A stretch of DNA of 55,395 bases from Octopus bimaculoides. Taxonomy: Eukaryota. The notes under the pieces are model-generated. The model was not told where the DNA came from. It searched no databases and saw only the letters and a program-made list of their open reading frames with translations. The translations under genes and the position numbers were made by a program. Below, piece by piece: positions 12,896 through 27,100 of the stretch; within the stretch, counting starts at the first letter, position 1; each line of letters begins with the position of its first letter. The stretch spans positions 94,291,581-94,346,975 of the forward strand of contig NC_068990.1 of the NCBI RefSeq assembly GCF_001194135.2, read 5' to 3'.

Positions 12896-13267
12896 CATCT
12901 CCTCACACCTTTCACACTAATGGCATTTTAACCATGACCATCCCATCATATTTATCTAAGACTCTAAGCAGGTTGAGTGAATGCTTAGTTTATCTTTGTA
13001 GAAGTTTGCTTGGCCAGTCTGAGGAGATGACATCTTGATCAATCCGACAGGACTTTCTGCTTGCTCAATCTCACTGCAAAAAAATTCTAATTTTCAAGGA
13101 AAGTAGAGAATTTCAATAGGATTTAACAGAGACGGCATCTCAATATTTGCATTCAGGACCTAGAATGACGGATAACTCTACTGCTTTCTGCTAAAAGTTT
13201 GTATCTCAGTTGCATGTGTCTTCCAAGTTCCTTGTGATCCCACTGGTACCAAGTTAAAAAAAAAAAA

Positions 13268-13438
13268 AAAAAGCATCCAGTATGCTCTGTAGGGTGGTTG
13301 GCATATTAGGAAGGGCATCCAGATGTAGAAACCATGCCAAAGCAGACAGTGGAGGTTGGTGTAGCCTTCTGACTTGCTGGATCCTCTCAAATCATCCAAT
13401 TCCAGCATGGAAATATGTGTGTTAAATCAAGATGATGG
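13268..13438 (+). mobile_element. RTE-tail repeat
   Basis: GGTTGGCATATTAGGAAGGGCATCCAGATGTAGAAACC...CCAGCATGGAAA. Confidence 0.6.
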
Positions 13439-14713
13439 TATTTTATAACGAGGGGCACAAGGCTGCACTTTGAGAAATGAATTGAATACAGTTTTCCTCA
13501 CATCTTCATGAATAAATAACAACCTGAAAATTGACAATGGTTTACATACGTGTGTGGGTGTGAACATGTCTTGGTAGTTGTGAGAAAGTGTCACTATTAC
13601 ACAAGATGTGTCCTTTGCTTCCAATCTTTAATGTCAACCTGTCTGGCTATGCAGAAATATTGCTTTGCTTAGCAAACCACTGAGCATTAGCAACAGGAAG
13701 GCATCTCAACAAATTCTTTCTGACCCATACTAGCATGGAAAAGTGGACATAAAATGAGGACACACCTGATTCTGTGAGTACTAACCATACAAAGTTACAA
13801 AACACAGACATCAAATTTTATTTATAAATGATAAAAGTGACAGCTGAAAGTCTGAAGAAATATTTGGTTTGATTGATTATAAAGAGGGAGAAAGAAAAAT
13901 CCAAAACAGGCAATTTGTTTAAAGTGTTTGAAAGAGAGAGAGAGAGAAAGGGTGTGTGTTACAAGTAAGTTGTAAAGTTAATTATAAATTGTTCTTTATG
14001 ATGATGATGACAATGATGGTGTTTTAGTTGCTGCTGCTGCTGCCACTGGAATCTGAATTATTAAAGCTAACTCACTCTAATAGATTAAAGACAAAAAAGA
14101 AACAGTCATTAGAACAATTGCTAAAGTTGAAGAACAGAGTCAGAAGGTAAAAACAAATAAACAAAAAAGGAAAATCTTTTGAAAAAGATTTGGGAAAAAG
14201 ACAAAGGAGAAAAATATCTTTAAAAGAAAGAAAATTTAAGGACTTGAACAATGTTTCCTTCATCACTTGCTGGCTGTTTTTTAAAATTTTTTTTTAAGTC
14301 ACTTTGCCAAGGAAAAAAAAGAAAAGAGGAAAGAAATTGTGTGAGATGTGAGATAGGATGTCTTGATCTTGCTGCCTTTCAGGATGGAACTGATTCTGGT
14401 GGTGCAGGTTCTGGTAAATACCAATGCTTTTATGAATGTTGGACAGGCAGCAAAGCAGAAACTATACAGAAGGAACTATGTCCACCTTGGAAACAGTCAA
14501 ACAAATGTTTTTCTAGTTATGTAGACGTTTTTTGTTTTGTTTTTTAAAACCTTTTTTCAATGCAGTTTCAGTCAAACCAAACAGCCTTTAGTTCAGAAAC
14601 TTTAGACTTAACCAAGTAGATGTCCTATCATGTAACACGTTGAAGAGATTGTGGGAATATGTAAATGTGTGAGACAGAGAAAGAGAAAGAGTGCGTTTTC
14701 TGAATAGTGTTAT

Positions 14714-14827
14714 TTTATTTATGTTTTGAAGTTCTTCCAATGCCAAAAGCTTCTGATCTGTGCACAGAAGCAAGCTTGAAAAGATTGTCTCTCAATGAAA
14801 GAGTCAGGATCTTCACAGAAGTTTATT
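14714..14827 (-). terminator. Candidate SF3B1 poly(A) signals (two AATAAA)
   Basis: AATAAA on minus at 14822-14827 and 14714-14719, downstream of the stop at 14951. Confidence 0.55.
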
Positions 14828-14868
14828 TACACCGGCACCTCCCGACCGTGCGGGCTCGACCTCTCTCG

Positions 14869-14900
<32 letters not shown>

Positions 14901-14950
14901 CATGTCCAGTTGACAGAGTCTAAAACCAGAGGTTCTTGAGTAGGATTCAA

Positions 14951-15109
14951 TCATAACATATAATCAAGTTCATAGCGAATGTATTGGTTTTTCACATCAT
15001 TTGGTATGCGAGGATAGGCTGGAATCATGCCGTCTTGGGCCCCGATATATACAGTGTTGTACACTTTCCAGTAAACATCTCGCACTTTCCGTGCAGGGTG
15101 GAAAAGCCC
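14951..15109 (-). CDS. SF3B1: SF3B1 exon 21 (terminal coding part)
   Basis: ttttctag|[52 protein letters not shown]. Confidence 0.96.
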   Translation of the reverse strand, partial: GLFHPARKVRDVYWKVYNTVYIGAQDGMIPAYPRIPNDVKNQYIRYELDYML

Positions 15110-18100
15110 CTAGAAAAGACAAAAACAGAAAAACTTTTAAAATCCTTTAGTTTAAAAGAGAAACAGTCTATCACCCAACACAATTTCATAGAAAATAATT
15201 CTCATCAGATACTTTAGTAATACTATTATTATTATTATTATTAATAAGACAGCGAGCTGCAAGAATCGTTAGCACACTGAGCAAAATGCTTAGCAACATT
15301 TCGTCTGTCTTTGCATTCTGAATTCAAATCCTGCTAGGATTGACTTTGCCTTTCATCCTTTCAGGGTCAATAAATTAAATACCAGTTATGCACTGAGGTT
15401 GATGTAAACAACTGGTCCCCTCCCCAAAAATGTCAGGCCTTATGCCTATAGTAGAAAGCAGTATGCTTGAATGATTATTGTAAATGAATGTTATTCATTT
15501 CCAATATTCTGCAAAAACATGTCTGGCCATAGGAAATATTATCTTGCTTGGAAATAGGTGGAAGTTGGCGAGAGGAAGGACATTTGGTTGTAGAAAATCA
15601 GCCTCAATAAACCCTGTTCCAACCCATGCAAGCATGGAAAAGTAGACGAAATGATGAAGTTAATAAAATAACCATTCCTGTTTAATTATCCATATATCTT
15701 CAATTCACATGCAATATTTTTTATTAACAAATTAGATTGATTTCAAATTTTCTGATTTAATTACCTTACGAATATGTTTTCCACCTGAACACTTATACTT
15801 ACCAGTTACATAAAAATATTATTTTTGTGGGTTTAATTCGAAAAGGAAGGGCATAACATACAACCTCTGTAAGGACACAATGGTGAAGGAAAATGTACTG
15901 TTTCTGACATTGTATTTCTTTATCTTTTAACATGGAAGGAAGCAATGTCCATAACCTTTCCAGGCCCTCACAGACTGGTGGGTGGAAGATATCCTTAAAG
16001 CAGAATCCTGCCCTGACTGTGTGCAATAGAATGCACTCTGTTAAATGTGGTCAATATGCCAGATTAGAGCCTGGTGAAAGTAGAATTCACAATGCCAAGA
16101 ACCAGATTAAATACCACAAGGTATCTGATACTCAAGATAAATCATTCAGGGTGGATGAATATCTTCAGTTTTTTCATTAACCCCTGATAGAAGGCAATGT
16201 TGGCCTCAAAGCACACCAACTTAATCTACTACAATAAGGAGCAGCAGACTAAGGACGCTACTGCCTTGAATCCTGGAACTGATTGGGCCAGTTCCTTGTT
16301 TACAGATGAGCAAACTGTCCAACCCATGCCAGCATGGAAAGCAGATGTTAAACGACTGGAACAACCTGAAACAAAATATTTTGCTCAAGAACACAAGGCA
16401 CCACCTGAGCTGGGAATCAAAACCATATTCTTGTGACATGAAGTGCAACAGCCTAACCACTAGGCTTTCTTTCATAGATGGAGATTTAAATCAACAGGTA
16501 CAAAGTAAGTAAACTATCATCAATCAAATATCCATATATTACCTGTAGAGCATACTGGAGAATTCTTGCCGATCCCAAACCAACTCGAAGTCCTTCAATG
16601 GCTCCCATAAATGCTTGTACAACATGTGGTGATGTTTCAAAAATATTTGGCCAGACATAGTTCATTAAATGATTTAGAGCATCTTCACAGCCAAAACCAT
16701 ACACTCCAAGGGACAAATGCTGAATAGCAGCCATTGCTGTTTGACGATGAACAAGGTCTCTGCAAAAGATAAACAAAAAATCTAAGCAAAAAATCCATTT
16801 TCGGTGCTTAACAGGACATCGAAATATTGTGTTTTCTTCTGCTCAATAATTCAAGTCTGCACAAAAGAATCTTTCTCTCCTGCTTTTTGTTTTAATAAAG
16901 TGGCTCCCCTTGTGGTTAGTAGTCTTGCATGGTGACCTCACTAGTATTAGTTGCACAAAAAGGAAGAATCCAGCAGTAGAAACCATGCCAAAGCAGTCTC
17001 TGGATCCTGTCAAACCCATGTCAGCACAGAACATAGATGTTAGATGATGATGGTTGTGTGAGACAGAGAAAGAGTGCGTTTTCTGAATAGTGTTATTTTA
17101 TTTATGTTTTGAAGTTCTTCCAATGCCAAAAGCTTCTGATCTGTGCACAGAAGCAAGCTTGAAAAGATTGTCTCTCAATGAAAGAGTCAGGATCTTCACA
17201 GAAGTTTATTTACACCGGCACCTCCCGACCGTGCGGGCTCGACCTCTCTCGCTGTGTGTGTGTGTGTGTGTGCCATGTCCAGTTGACAGAGTCTAAAACC
17301 AGAGGTTCTTGAGTAGGATTCAATCATAACATATAATCAAGTTCATAGCGAATGTATTGGTTTTTCACATCATTTGGTATGCGAGGATAGGCTGGAATCA
17401 TGCCGTCTTGGGCCCCGATATATACAGTGTTAACACAACTAACAACTTATTTTGGTGTTTCCCACTATATTTCAACCACAAAACCTCTTCTAATTACAGC
17501 ACAGAAATCATCTGAATGGGCTATAAATTTCCTTTCATGAATGTCACTGTCCCTAACAAAACTTCCAAGCCAGGAACACTTTCAGTTTGAGAGACAACCA
17601 AATGCACCCCAAACTGTCTGTACAGGAATGTGCCATTTATTACTATTTTGTACTTAGGCTCCTTTCTACTTCTTTTTCTGAACTCTAAACCACTTTTTCA
17701 AACTGGAAACTGTACTTGCAATGACAGATTCAGCCATGAGAACCATGTTGTCATCATATAAAAGTTTCCAGGGACTAAAATTGAAATTGCAGTGCAGAGT
17801 TGTATTCGTGATTGTCTTACTAGATATATGGCATTTGCAACATTGTTCTTTGGTTCAAACCCAAACTATATCCTATCCAACTTGGGATTAGCTCCAGTAC
17901 AACTTGCTACCAATTATCGAACATGACTCAATAACTTGAGTTGTCTGGATTTTCTGTCGCAAGTGATAATTCTATATTGGTCATTAGGGATAATGCCATC
18001 TTATACAATCTGATTAACTAATCAAATTACATAATCTTGTGCTTCCAACAGTTTGCTCCAATAAATCAGTAATTTTCCTTTTTATAAACTCTGCCCTGCA

Positions 18101-21100
18101 CTTAATCATCTTTACAGCTGTCCTCTCTTAGTTACACCATGCGTAAGCTTTTCTTATTTGCTTCCCATCAAAGATGGACTTTAAATAATAACAATGATTT
18201 ATATTCTATGTTCAATAACTTCTATGCTTTTGTCTTGTAAGATACTAAGAAATAATTTTGAACACACTTTTTCCAGTTGACATAAAAATATTTGCCAATT
18301 AACAACTTCTTTTTAACACTAATCTTGTTTCAGGACAGTCAACAGTACGACCATAACCTGACAAATACCAGTCAAAGATATATGCAGCAGCATAAAAAAA
18401 CCTCCTCCTTACCTGTCCATTAAAGCATCTTCAAGCAATGAAGTGACTGCATAGATGTAATCTTTTGCCATTTCACCAATGTACTGGAACATGAAGGATA
18501 ATGACTTCAGCACACCAATTTGGACATTCAACTCAGGAACTCTATATTCATTCATCAGTGCAGGGAGGACAGTGAAAGGGGAGCAGGTTTCAGCTACAAT
18601 AGCAATAGCTACAGTGGTACACACACGATTCTGTCGTTCTTGGACTTTCAGATTGTTCAAAAGTGTTGCTAATACATCATGAGGGCTACAAGAAAAAAAT
18701 ACAACAAAGGAAATTTGTTATTACTACTAACGATTTAATTACTCCTGTAATATAAAAACAAAAATTTGAAGTAGGAATTAATATGAATTATAAATTTTAA
18801 ATGCAGTTGATGGCCAGAATCTGATATTAAATGGTTTTTATTTTCTAATTGGACCATTTGGAAAAGACAAGAAAGATTTGAAGCATATTTGACATCATTT
18901 AAGATCTAATGTTTCCAAGACATTACAAGAAAAAAACTTATTTTTTATTGATATTAGTATCAAATTCTAAGTAAATTAATATTTTCCTAATCGAGTTAGA
19001 ACAATGTCCATAACCTGTGAAGAACTTTTTGGTTAAATATCTATTCTGCAGCAACTGAAAAAGTTGACTTTAACAACCTATTTTAGAGATGCTGAAAAGG
19101 TGGTTATATATAATCCCCAAAAAATGAAGGTTTTATTCTTATGGAAGTAATGACGTTTTTGTTTATTTATGGAATTGAGAAAACAAAAACAATTGTTTCA
19201 TATTTTAGAGATTTAGCAATGACATTGGAAAACAAATGACTAAAGAAGTTAAAAGCATAAATAATGGCGTTTTTTTTTTTAACAGTATTTTACTTTCACT
19301 TTCAAAGTTAAAATGTTTAATCTCAGTTATTTCTCAAAAGTGTGACCTACCCAATAGCTTTTGCAATATACCCAAATGTATTCACTGTGGCTCGGCGAAT
19401 TGCCTTTTTGTGAGCTTTTAACAGTTCAAGGAGTTCAAAACAAATCCTCATCCATTCTCTTGCCGATACAAATTCTGCTCCACGATCAGCAATTCGTCCA
19501 ACTAAATCTATGCAGTTTTCTTGTACTTTCTCTTGTCTGACAAAGAAAAAAAAAACAATAAAAATGAGTAAGCTTAAAGCTATTACCAAATATAGAGACA
19601 ATATTCCAAATAAAATGTTTATAAAATAAACTGATCACAATAAGCTAATAAGTTTACTAAGCATTTCTTGTTGATACAAATTTAATAAGTACCCGTCTAT
19701 AACAAGTGTCTCCTTTGTGGAAGCAAACCTGCTCACATAAAGGAAATACTTGTTATAAGAGACTCATGGCAATAAAACTTCACACACCTGAAGATTACCT
19801 TAGAATAGATCCTTCAATGATGATCATCATCATCTACGGTTGCCACAAAGACTAATTTAATGGACTTTTTTTTATATACAATGCCCTTTAAATGGATCAG
19901 AATAAGCAAGGGCTCCCAGCACAGCCGAGACACAGTGGGTTCACTGATGGAAAGGTCATGTTATGCCATTTAGAGGTGTTGTGAACATTGCAAGTGGCAG
20001 TTGACTGAAGAACCTTAGAGTCTCACTTTCCAGAGCTGAGCAACGTATGATATTGCTTTTAAAACACAAACATGGTCAGAATTTGTGTTTCTTGCGTTAT
20101 TATATTATCAAAGCAGATGAAAAAGTAGCTTTCTCTGCATGTTAGTTGGTCAGCTTTGCAAATTCATCAATTGTTTCAGTGGGAGAACGAGTGAAATGGC
20201 TTCTGCAGAAAAGACAGCCTTAACTGGATTCTGCGGAAAAGACAGCATTAACTGGATTCTGCAGAAAAGACAGCCTTAACTGGATTCTGCAGAAAAGACA
20301 GCATTAACTGGATTCTGAAAGGAGTTCAGGTGCAGCTTCGTTGGGAATCTGGGTTTTACAAGTGGTCTCTGGCGACCAGCAGAGACAATCCAGGAAAATG
20401 TGATTTGTGCACAACTTACTGTTACATGTTGACATTAGTAGCCGTCGTCACAACAAAGGGAAGTGTCAACTATTGGGAGAGAAATCTTTTAGATTTCAAA
20501 GGATTTCCTCATTGTATTAACATGTAGCTGAGTATTCCACAGACATGCATCTCTTTCATTTAATACTCAGTGTGTAAGAAGACCGGACCCTTGAATTATA
20601 TTTACAATCCATCGGACAAGCTTCTATATAGTTTTCATCCACTCAATTTCACTCACACTGCTTGGATTGACCCATGGCAATGGTAAAAGACCTTTGCCCA
20701 AAATGTCACTGTGAGAGTGAACCTGGGACCTTATAATTGCAAAGAGAACTTCTTAATTGTTCAGCCATGCTGTGTCCTTAGAATGATAATATTAAAAGTA
20801 CAAAAGTGTCTTACCTGTTCTTTAGAATTGGTGTTAGTCTGGGGAGGAGGTCTTTGATAGGAGGCGTCATCTTGGTCATTCCTATAACATTGACTATACC
20901 TTTAAGAGCCCCTAGGATGCTTCCTAACACTTCAGGGTATTCTTCTCCCAAGTATTCATATAATACAACACCCAAGTGACCCATCAATTTCTCCTACAAA
21001 TCAAAATACAAGGAAGAATTTTTTCAAAATCTGTCACTTAAAAAAAACAACAAAATTTATTAGAATTCAAAACAATTCTGAAGACAAATATGTTATTAGC

Positions 21101-24100
21101 AATACAGTTTATCGCTATTAGCAAATAAAAGTGGTATGTAAGATGACTAGAATTGGAATGGCAACAACATGAGCTTGAGGAAGGGCTACCATTCTAGTTG
21201 TCTCCCCTCAACAACAAATCTTGTGCATCTATCAACAACGATTTTATATTGTAACAATTCATTTCAGAGACAGGTTCCCTTCTGACATACGAAAGAAATT
21301 TACTGTTCAAGTAAGAAAGAGCAATAGGTTGTTTTCTCAAAAAATATGCATACAATTATATATATATATATACACCCTTTTTAAAATAATTATTGCACAT
21401 TAAAATTTTACATACATCTGCTTCTTCCTAAGCAAAACAAAATTCTGGCTCAATTTACAAAATTTTCAAGGTAAAAGTTAAATAAATTGCATCTACCTCT
21501 TGACAAGTTTTCATAACAACTGCAATTCTTGATATCAAATCTGCTGCTTGCTGCCTGACCTTGGCAGATTTATTGTTAAGACGCCATAATATAGTACCAC
21601 AAATCTGGGGCAAATATGGTTTTACTCTTTTGCCAAGGGCATTCACAACAGTTCCAAAGCCATTCAACATGACAACATCCTAATGAGAAATTGTAGAAAA
21701 TAAAAATTGCACATTAATAAGCAATAGATTAATTTATAAGAATCATCAGAAATAAAATGAAGTGAATAAGAGACAACATTTATAAAAATTTATATAGAAA
21801 ATATACTTCAAAACATTTTTCTTCTTCTTCAATCATTGAATTCATCGCGTGTGATCTTTACCAGCGTCACCTTACTGGCACTTGTGCCAGTGGCACGTGA
21901 AAAAAGATATTTAAGCGAGGTCGTTGCCAGTGCCACTGGACTGGCTCCTGTGCAGGTGGCACGTAAAAAACACCACTTGAGCGTGGACGTTGGCCAGTAC
22001 CGCCTGACTGGCCCTCGTGCCGGTGGCACGTAGAAGCACCCACTACACACTCGTTCGCCAGTCTTCAGTCAAATCGTCCAACCCATGCTAGCATGGAAAG
22101 CAGACTTAAAACAATGATGATAATGATGTTGTGCTAAGATTTTGTCAAAGACAATTTTTTCACTTTTGTCAAATTAATTTCTTCATTTTAATTAACAAAG
22201 TTTAACACACATGTTTTATAGTTTTTATATTAATGTAATATAGAAATGTCTACTAGATCATTAAAATATGCATTGACAGGTCCACGGTTCCAATACTACA
22301 GATATGATTAGAATGTTGCAGAGAAGAATCTCAAGACAGATTCTTCAAGTTGAGCCAAATCATCAAGGAACCTAGGAGTCAACCATAAGCAAGATGTTTG
22401 GATAATAACTGTAGTCTCAGTTGGTCGTGCTTGGGAATCCAGCTGGAGAGTTTATTGATAGTTGTTTCTGATAGGACTCTACCCCTCCGACTATTTAGAG
22501 GTAAAGAGAACATCCTGCTAAGAACGGCAGACATTATTTCCTGATAATGGTAGTTTAAGAATTAAGAACCTTTGTGAAAAGTATTTTCTTTACAAGAAAA
22601 TTAAATTTCCTTGATGTAAAAATGTGTTTTGCTTGTAATTCAAAGCATTTTCTGAATTATTATTTAAACATTAAAAGAGTTATATTTTACCTGTTGCAAC
22701 AGAAATAAAGATTGCAAGAGAAGAAAAAGAAAAAACCATTACCTCTGTTGTCTGTTCCTGGAAGGCATATAATATACCATCAATAAGTTGTTCTTCTAAT
22801 CTTGAATCTATATCAGCAGCACCAAGGTTACCCATAACCTTCTCTATTGTTTCCATAACCATCTTTCTGTATTGTTCAGCTTCATCTTTCAGATCATCCA
22901 CAATACGTACAATAATTTCGGCAGCTCCAACTTTGTTAGCAATTTCCACTGTTGTGTCTACCAACTAATAAAACATTCAATAATTTAGTTAGGCTCTGTG
23001 GGATTGAGGTGCTCTGGGTGAATATATGCAACAACCATGTAGCAATGAGGTAAAGTGGCCGATGCCAGTAAAAAGCTCCTTTTGAGTGTTGAGCCTCATG
23101 GATGAATGACCAAAACCTTTGGCATTATGCCGTGCTTGAGAAGAAGACCCATCAAACCAAGTAAAATCGCAGTTGTGCCGGTGGCATGTAAAAGCACCTA
23201 TTTCATTCTTAGAGTGGTTGGTGTTAGGAAGGGCATCCAGCTGTAGAAACTATGCAAAATCAGACTAGAGTTTGGTGCAGCCTTCCAGCCTTGCCAGTCC
23301 TGGTCAAACCATCCAACTCATGCCAGCATGGACAATGGACGTTAAATGATGATGATAAAATTTTGATAGAAAATTTTAAGATCCTTTTAAAACGGAATTT
23401 ATATCATAAAACCAGAGGCTGTTTCCAGATGATCAGTATCAAAAGGATTAAGAGATACATAAAAACCAGTCTCTCCTCATCACACAAAATGATGAATTAC
23501 AAACATACAAATTACTTTACAAATGACTGTTCGGTAACTTAGTGTTTTATCAGGTTATTGATAAATTTTACTCTTATTACATCAAACAATGAGTGAAAGA
23601 GAGAGAAAACCTGCAGTGGTATGCATGACAAACAAAATGAAGAAACCTACCTGGCGATAATTCCTTCGGTCTAAAGCCATTCTCTGGTTCCAGAAGTGCT
23701 TAAAAAATGGTGGCAAAATTTCCTCTTTAATGTATTGGGGTTCCACACCATCCGTAGCACAACACTGCTTCACTACCTAGCAATTGCAATAACAATTCAA
23801 ATATTTAAATAAAGCAAAAATTAACAACAAAGATACGAACAGTTATATGACATTGTCTTTTTTATTACTAACAAGAAACTTACAAACTGAGAAACAAAAT
23901 TGGAATTCATAGTTAAGATATTTCTTTCTATCATAGGCACAAGGCTTTAAATTTTGTGGGGAGGGGCTAGTTGAGTACATTGACCCCAGTGATCAACTGG
24001 TACTTACTTATGAACCCCAAAACAATGAAGTGCAAAGTCAACCTCAGTGAGAGTTGAACCCAGAACTACGTTTACCTACCTTTAACACAATCTTTTTCAT

Positions 24101-27100
24101 TTCTTCATCTGGAGACTGAAATTCTCGAATGAGGATTAACATCACTTCTCTGGTATAGTAGTTGGCATATTCAGCATCCATCAATGGAATAAGATAACCA
24201 ATGGCTTTCAAAAAGGCAGCTAGACCCTGTCAATCACACAACCAGAGAGAATTGGCTTAGAAAATAACATCAAGTTAAAAAAAAAAGAAAAACAAGATAA
24301 TCATTATCATCATCAGTTCACAGCTGTTTTCCATGCTGGCATGGGTTGGACAGTTTGACAGGAATATGTCAGAGAATTGCATTGGGTTCCAATGTCTGTT
24401 TTGGCTGGAGACTACCTAATGACAAAAACATATACAAGATAGTCTGTCAACAAAACAATTCCTTCTTAATGAATATCTTTAATAATCATCTCTCTTAAAT
24501 ACGACACCTTATACAGCTGTTTGGCTAGGGGATGCAAAACAACATTTCACATGTCAGTGGTTACAAGTTCATAACTGCCAAATCATCATCAGTATCTCTA
24601 AAAATAATGATTCCTAATTTAGGCACAAAGCCAGCAACTTTTGATGGGAGTTGCTTAGTTGACAGCATCAACACCATTGCTTCACTGGTGCTTTACTATA
24701 TCAACATGAAAAGGAAGATAGGTAAAACAGACCTCAACAGAATTTGAACTCTGAACACAAAGAGTCAGAACACAAACACAAGGCTTTTTTCTCTACACCA
24801 GCCTTATCTTTCCAGCTATTTCCAATAGATAACAATTTAATCACAACTGGAAGAATGAAGATAAAGTCAAATTTCCCAGCCATCAAGTTGCTAATTTTGT
24901 TTTTATTAGTAATGCATTAATAAACCAAAACAAACCACGATAGGTGAGAGACAGGTTTCAGTTTTATTAAGTAACTGAAGACAGGACTAAAATTTGCAAA
25001 ATAAATATTTCACTAAGATCATGAGTGGAAAACAATTTGAAGATATAGCAGACGTAAGAAACCCGAAGCCACGAGGATTAGCATTGAAATACTTTTAGTT
25101 TTAGATAAAATTAATGTCAAATTGACAACTGATTGCTTCCACGTTCATATTCCATTACAACTACTATTTGTGTGAATACGAGAAACAAATATTTTCTTAT
25201 AAGACACTATGTACTCCATATATACACACTGTACTTCAAATATATATTGTTTCATTAGGAATGTTTTAGTTTTTATGATGCTTGTGTAAAATGACCTTCA
25301 AAAATGAGGTTTGTCAGAAATTAAAAAGAAGAATCTGTAATAATGGCATTTCATACATTTACATATTCATCTCATTGATTCGAGACACCCAAAAGCACCC
25401 ACTACACTCTCTGAGTGGTTGGCGTTAGGAAGGGCATCAAGCTGTAGAAACCCTACCAAATCAGATTGGAGCCTGGTGCAGCCATCCGGTTTCACCAGTC
25501 CTCAGTCAAATCGTCCAACCCATGCTAGCATGGAAAGTGGATGTTAAACGATGATGATGATGAATAAAGACTGAATAAATGGAACAAGAAAACACAAATA
25601 CTTTAGGATGTACATGAAAGTTAAATTTGCTCTTAAATTGCATGACAAGATACCTTTATTGAAACAAACATGATAAAGACACTGACTGAAAGAATTCCTA
25701 AATTGTATGAAAACAGAAAAATCTAAGATTGATGGTACTTTAACATACCTTTCCTCTGTGTTGTCTGATACCCTTCCACAAGGGTTTGAGCACACTATCA
25801 AAGGACTCAATACCATAAGGTGTAGCAGCTTCAGCTAAAGCTGCCAAGGCTAAAGCTGTGATGGTTCGCACTTTCTGCTGCTCATCAATCAGACCTATCA
25901 GAAAGAACCAAAGTAAAGATTAAATCCAATAATCTCATCGAAAAGCACAAGCTTATTACTTAGTTTTCATAGCACAGCAGATATATATTTTTTTTAATAA
26001 AGTTAAATACAAAACAGAAAAACGAGAAAGGACAAATAACAGTTGAAGAATGGCTGTTTCATTTAGCTAATAAAAGCTTGGTGTACCAAATGATCACAAA
26101 GTTTTCTGATGGATTCAAGTGCAAATATATCAATGGTGACACAACAAAGAATAATAAAATTAATAATAATCCTCCCTACTGTAGGCACAAGGGGACTGGT
26201 CAATTACATCAACCCCTAGTGTTTATCTGGTACTTATTTCATTGACCCCAAAAGGATACAAGGCTTTGAACAGCATTTGAAATCAGAGTGAATAATAAAT
26301 ATATATATATATATTAAATAACAAAAGTTAACTCACCATGTTCAATAATTTCCACTAAACTTTTCAAATGAGGAAGAATGGCACAGCCCATAAGAATAGC
26401 AATTTGTTGGACGATTTTGATCCCAGTATGTCTTGCCTGCCAAGATTTTTTGCTTTTACAAACAGCTTTTAGGAAAGGCAGAAGAGAAGGGATCCCAAGA
26501 GCAGATGCGACGACTGCAAATGCTCTGGCTGTGGTGTTACGTACATACTCGTCCATATTGTCAATATCTGGTCTCATTGTAGAAATCATGGTTGCCAGAC
26601 CTGCCGCCTGAAAATAAGAATTAAGCGAATGAGTCATAGATAACCTTAAATAAAACTGCATAGAAATATTTTAAATTATACAACAGCTTCAAAACAAAGT
26701 AGGATTTAATAATACTCACTTTTGCCAAATTAGATATAATTTCTCTACCTTCAACTCTGGCATAGTAGTCTTCATCAATCAATAACGGTTCAATAACAAC
26801 AAGAATTTTGTGCACATAAGGTCGCACCAAATCATCCAGTTTGTAGAGGATACGATCAATAACTTTCACTAGTAAATGTCTTTCTTGATCTTCAAGTGTG
26901 GGTGACATTAGCAAAGGTAGGATTTGGTTGAACAATGGACCAGCACCAAAATCTCGAGCTTTATCAGTGATTTGTCTAAGAGCAGCCTAAAAAAAAAAGA
27001 GACAAAATTCATAGATAAACACATTTAAAAAAATACAGACAGATAATTTATTTTATTAATTACTTTTAAAAATTATATCACTTTTACATGTGACCTAATG

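Noticed and set aside
14707-14913. 68-aa plus-strand ORF, repeated at 17090-17296
   Set aside because: Antisense to the SF3B1 3'UTR; its repetition is explained by the duplication.
9110-15460. tRNA-like A/B-box sequences
   Set aside because: SINE heads without a complete cloverleaf; no tRNA gene called.
15932-16512. Plus-strand ORFs in intron 20
   Set aside because: No recognisable product; overlaps repeat-tail fragments.
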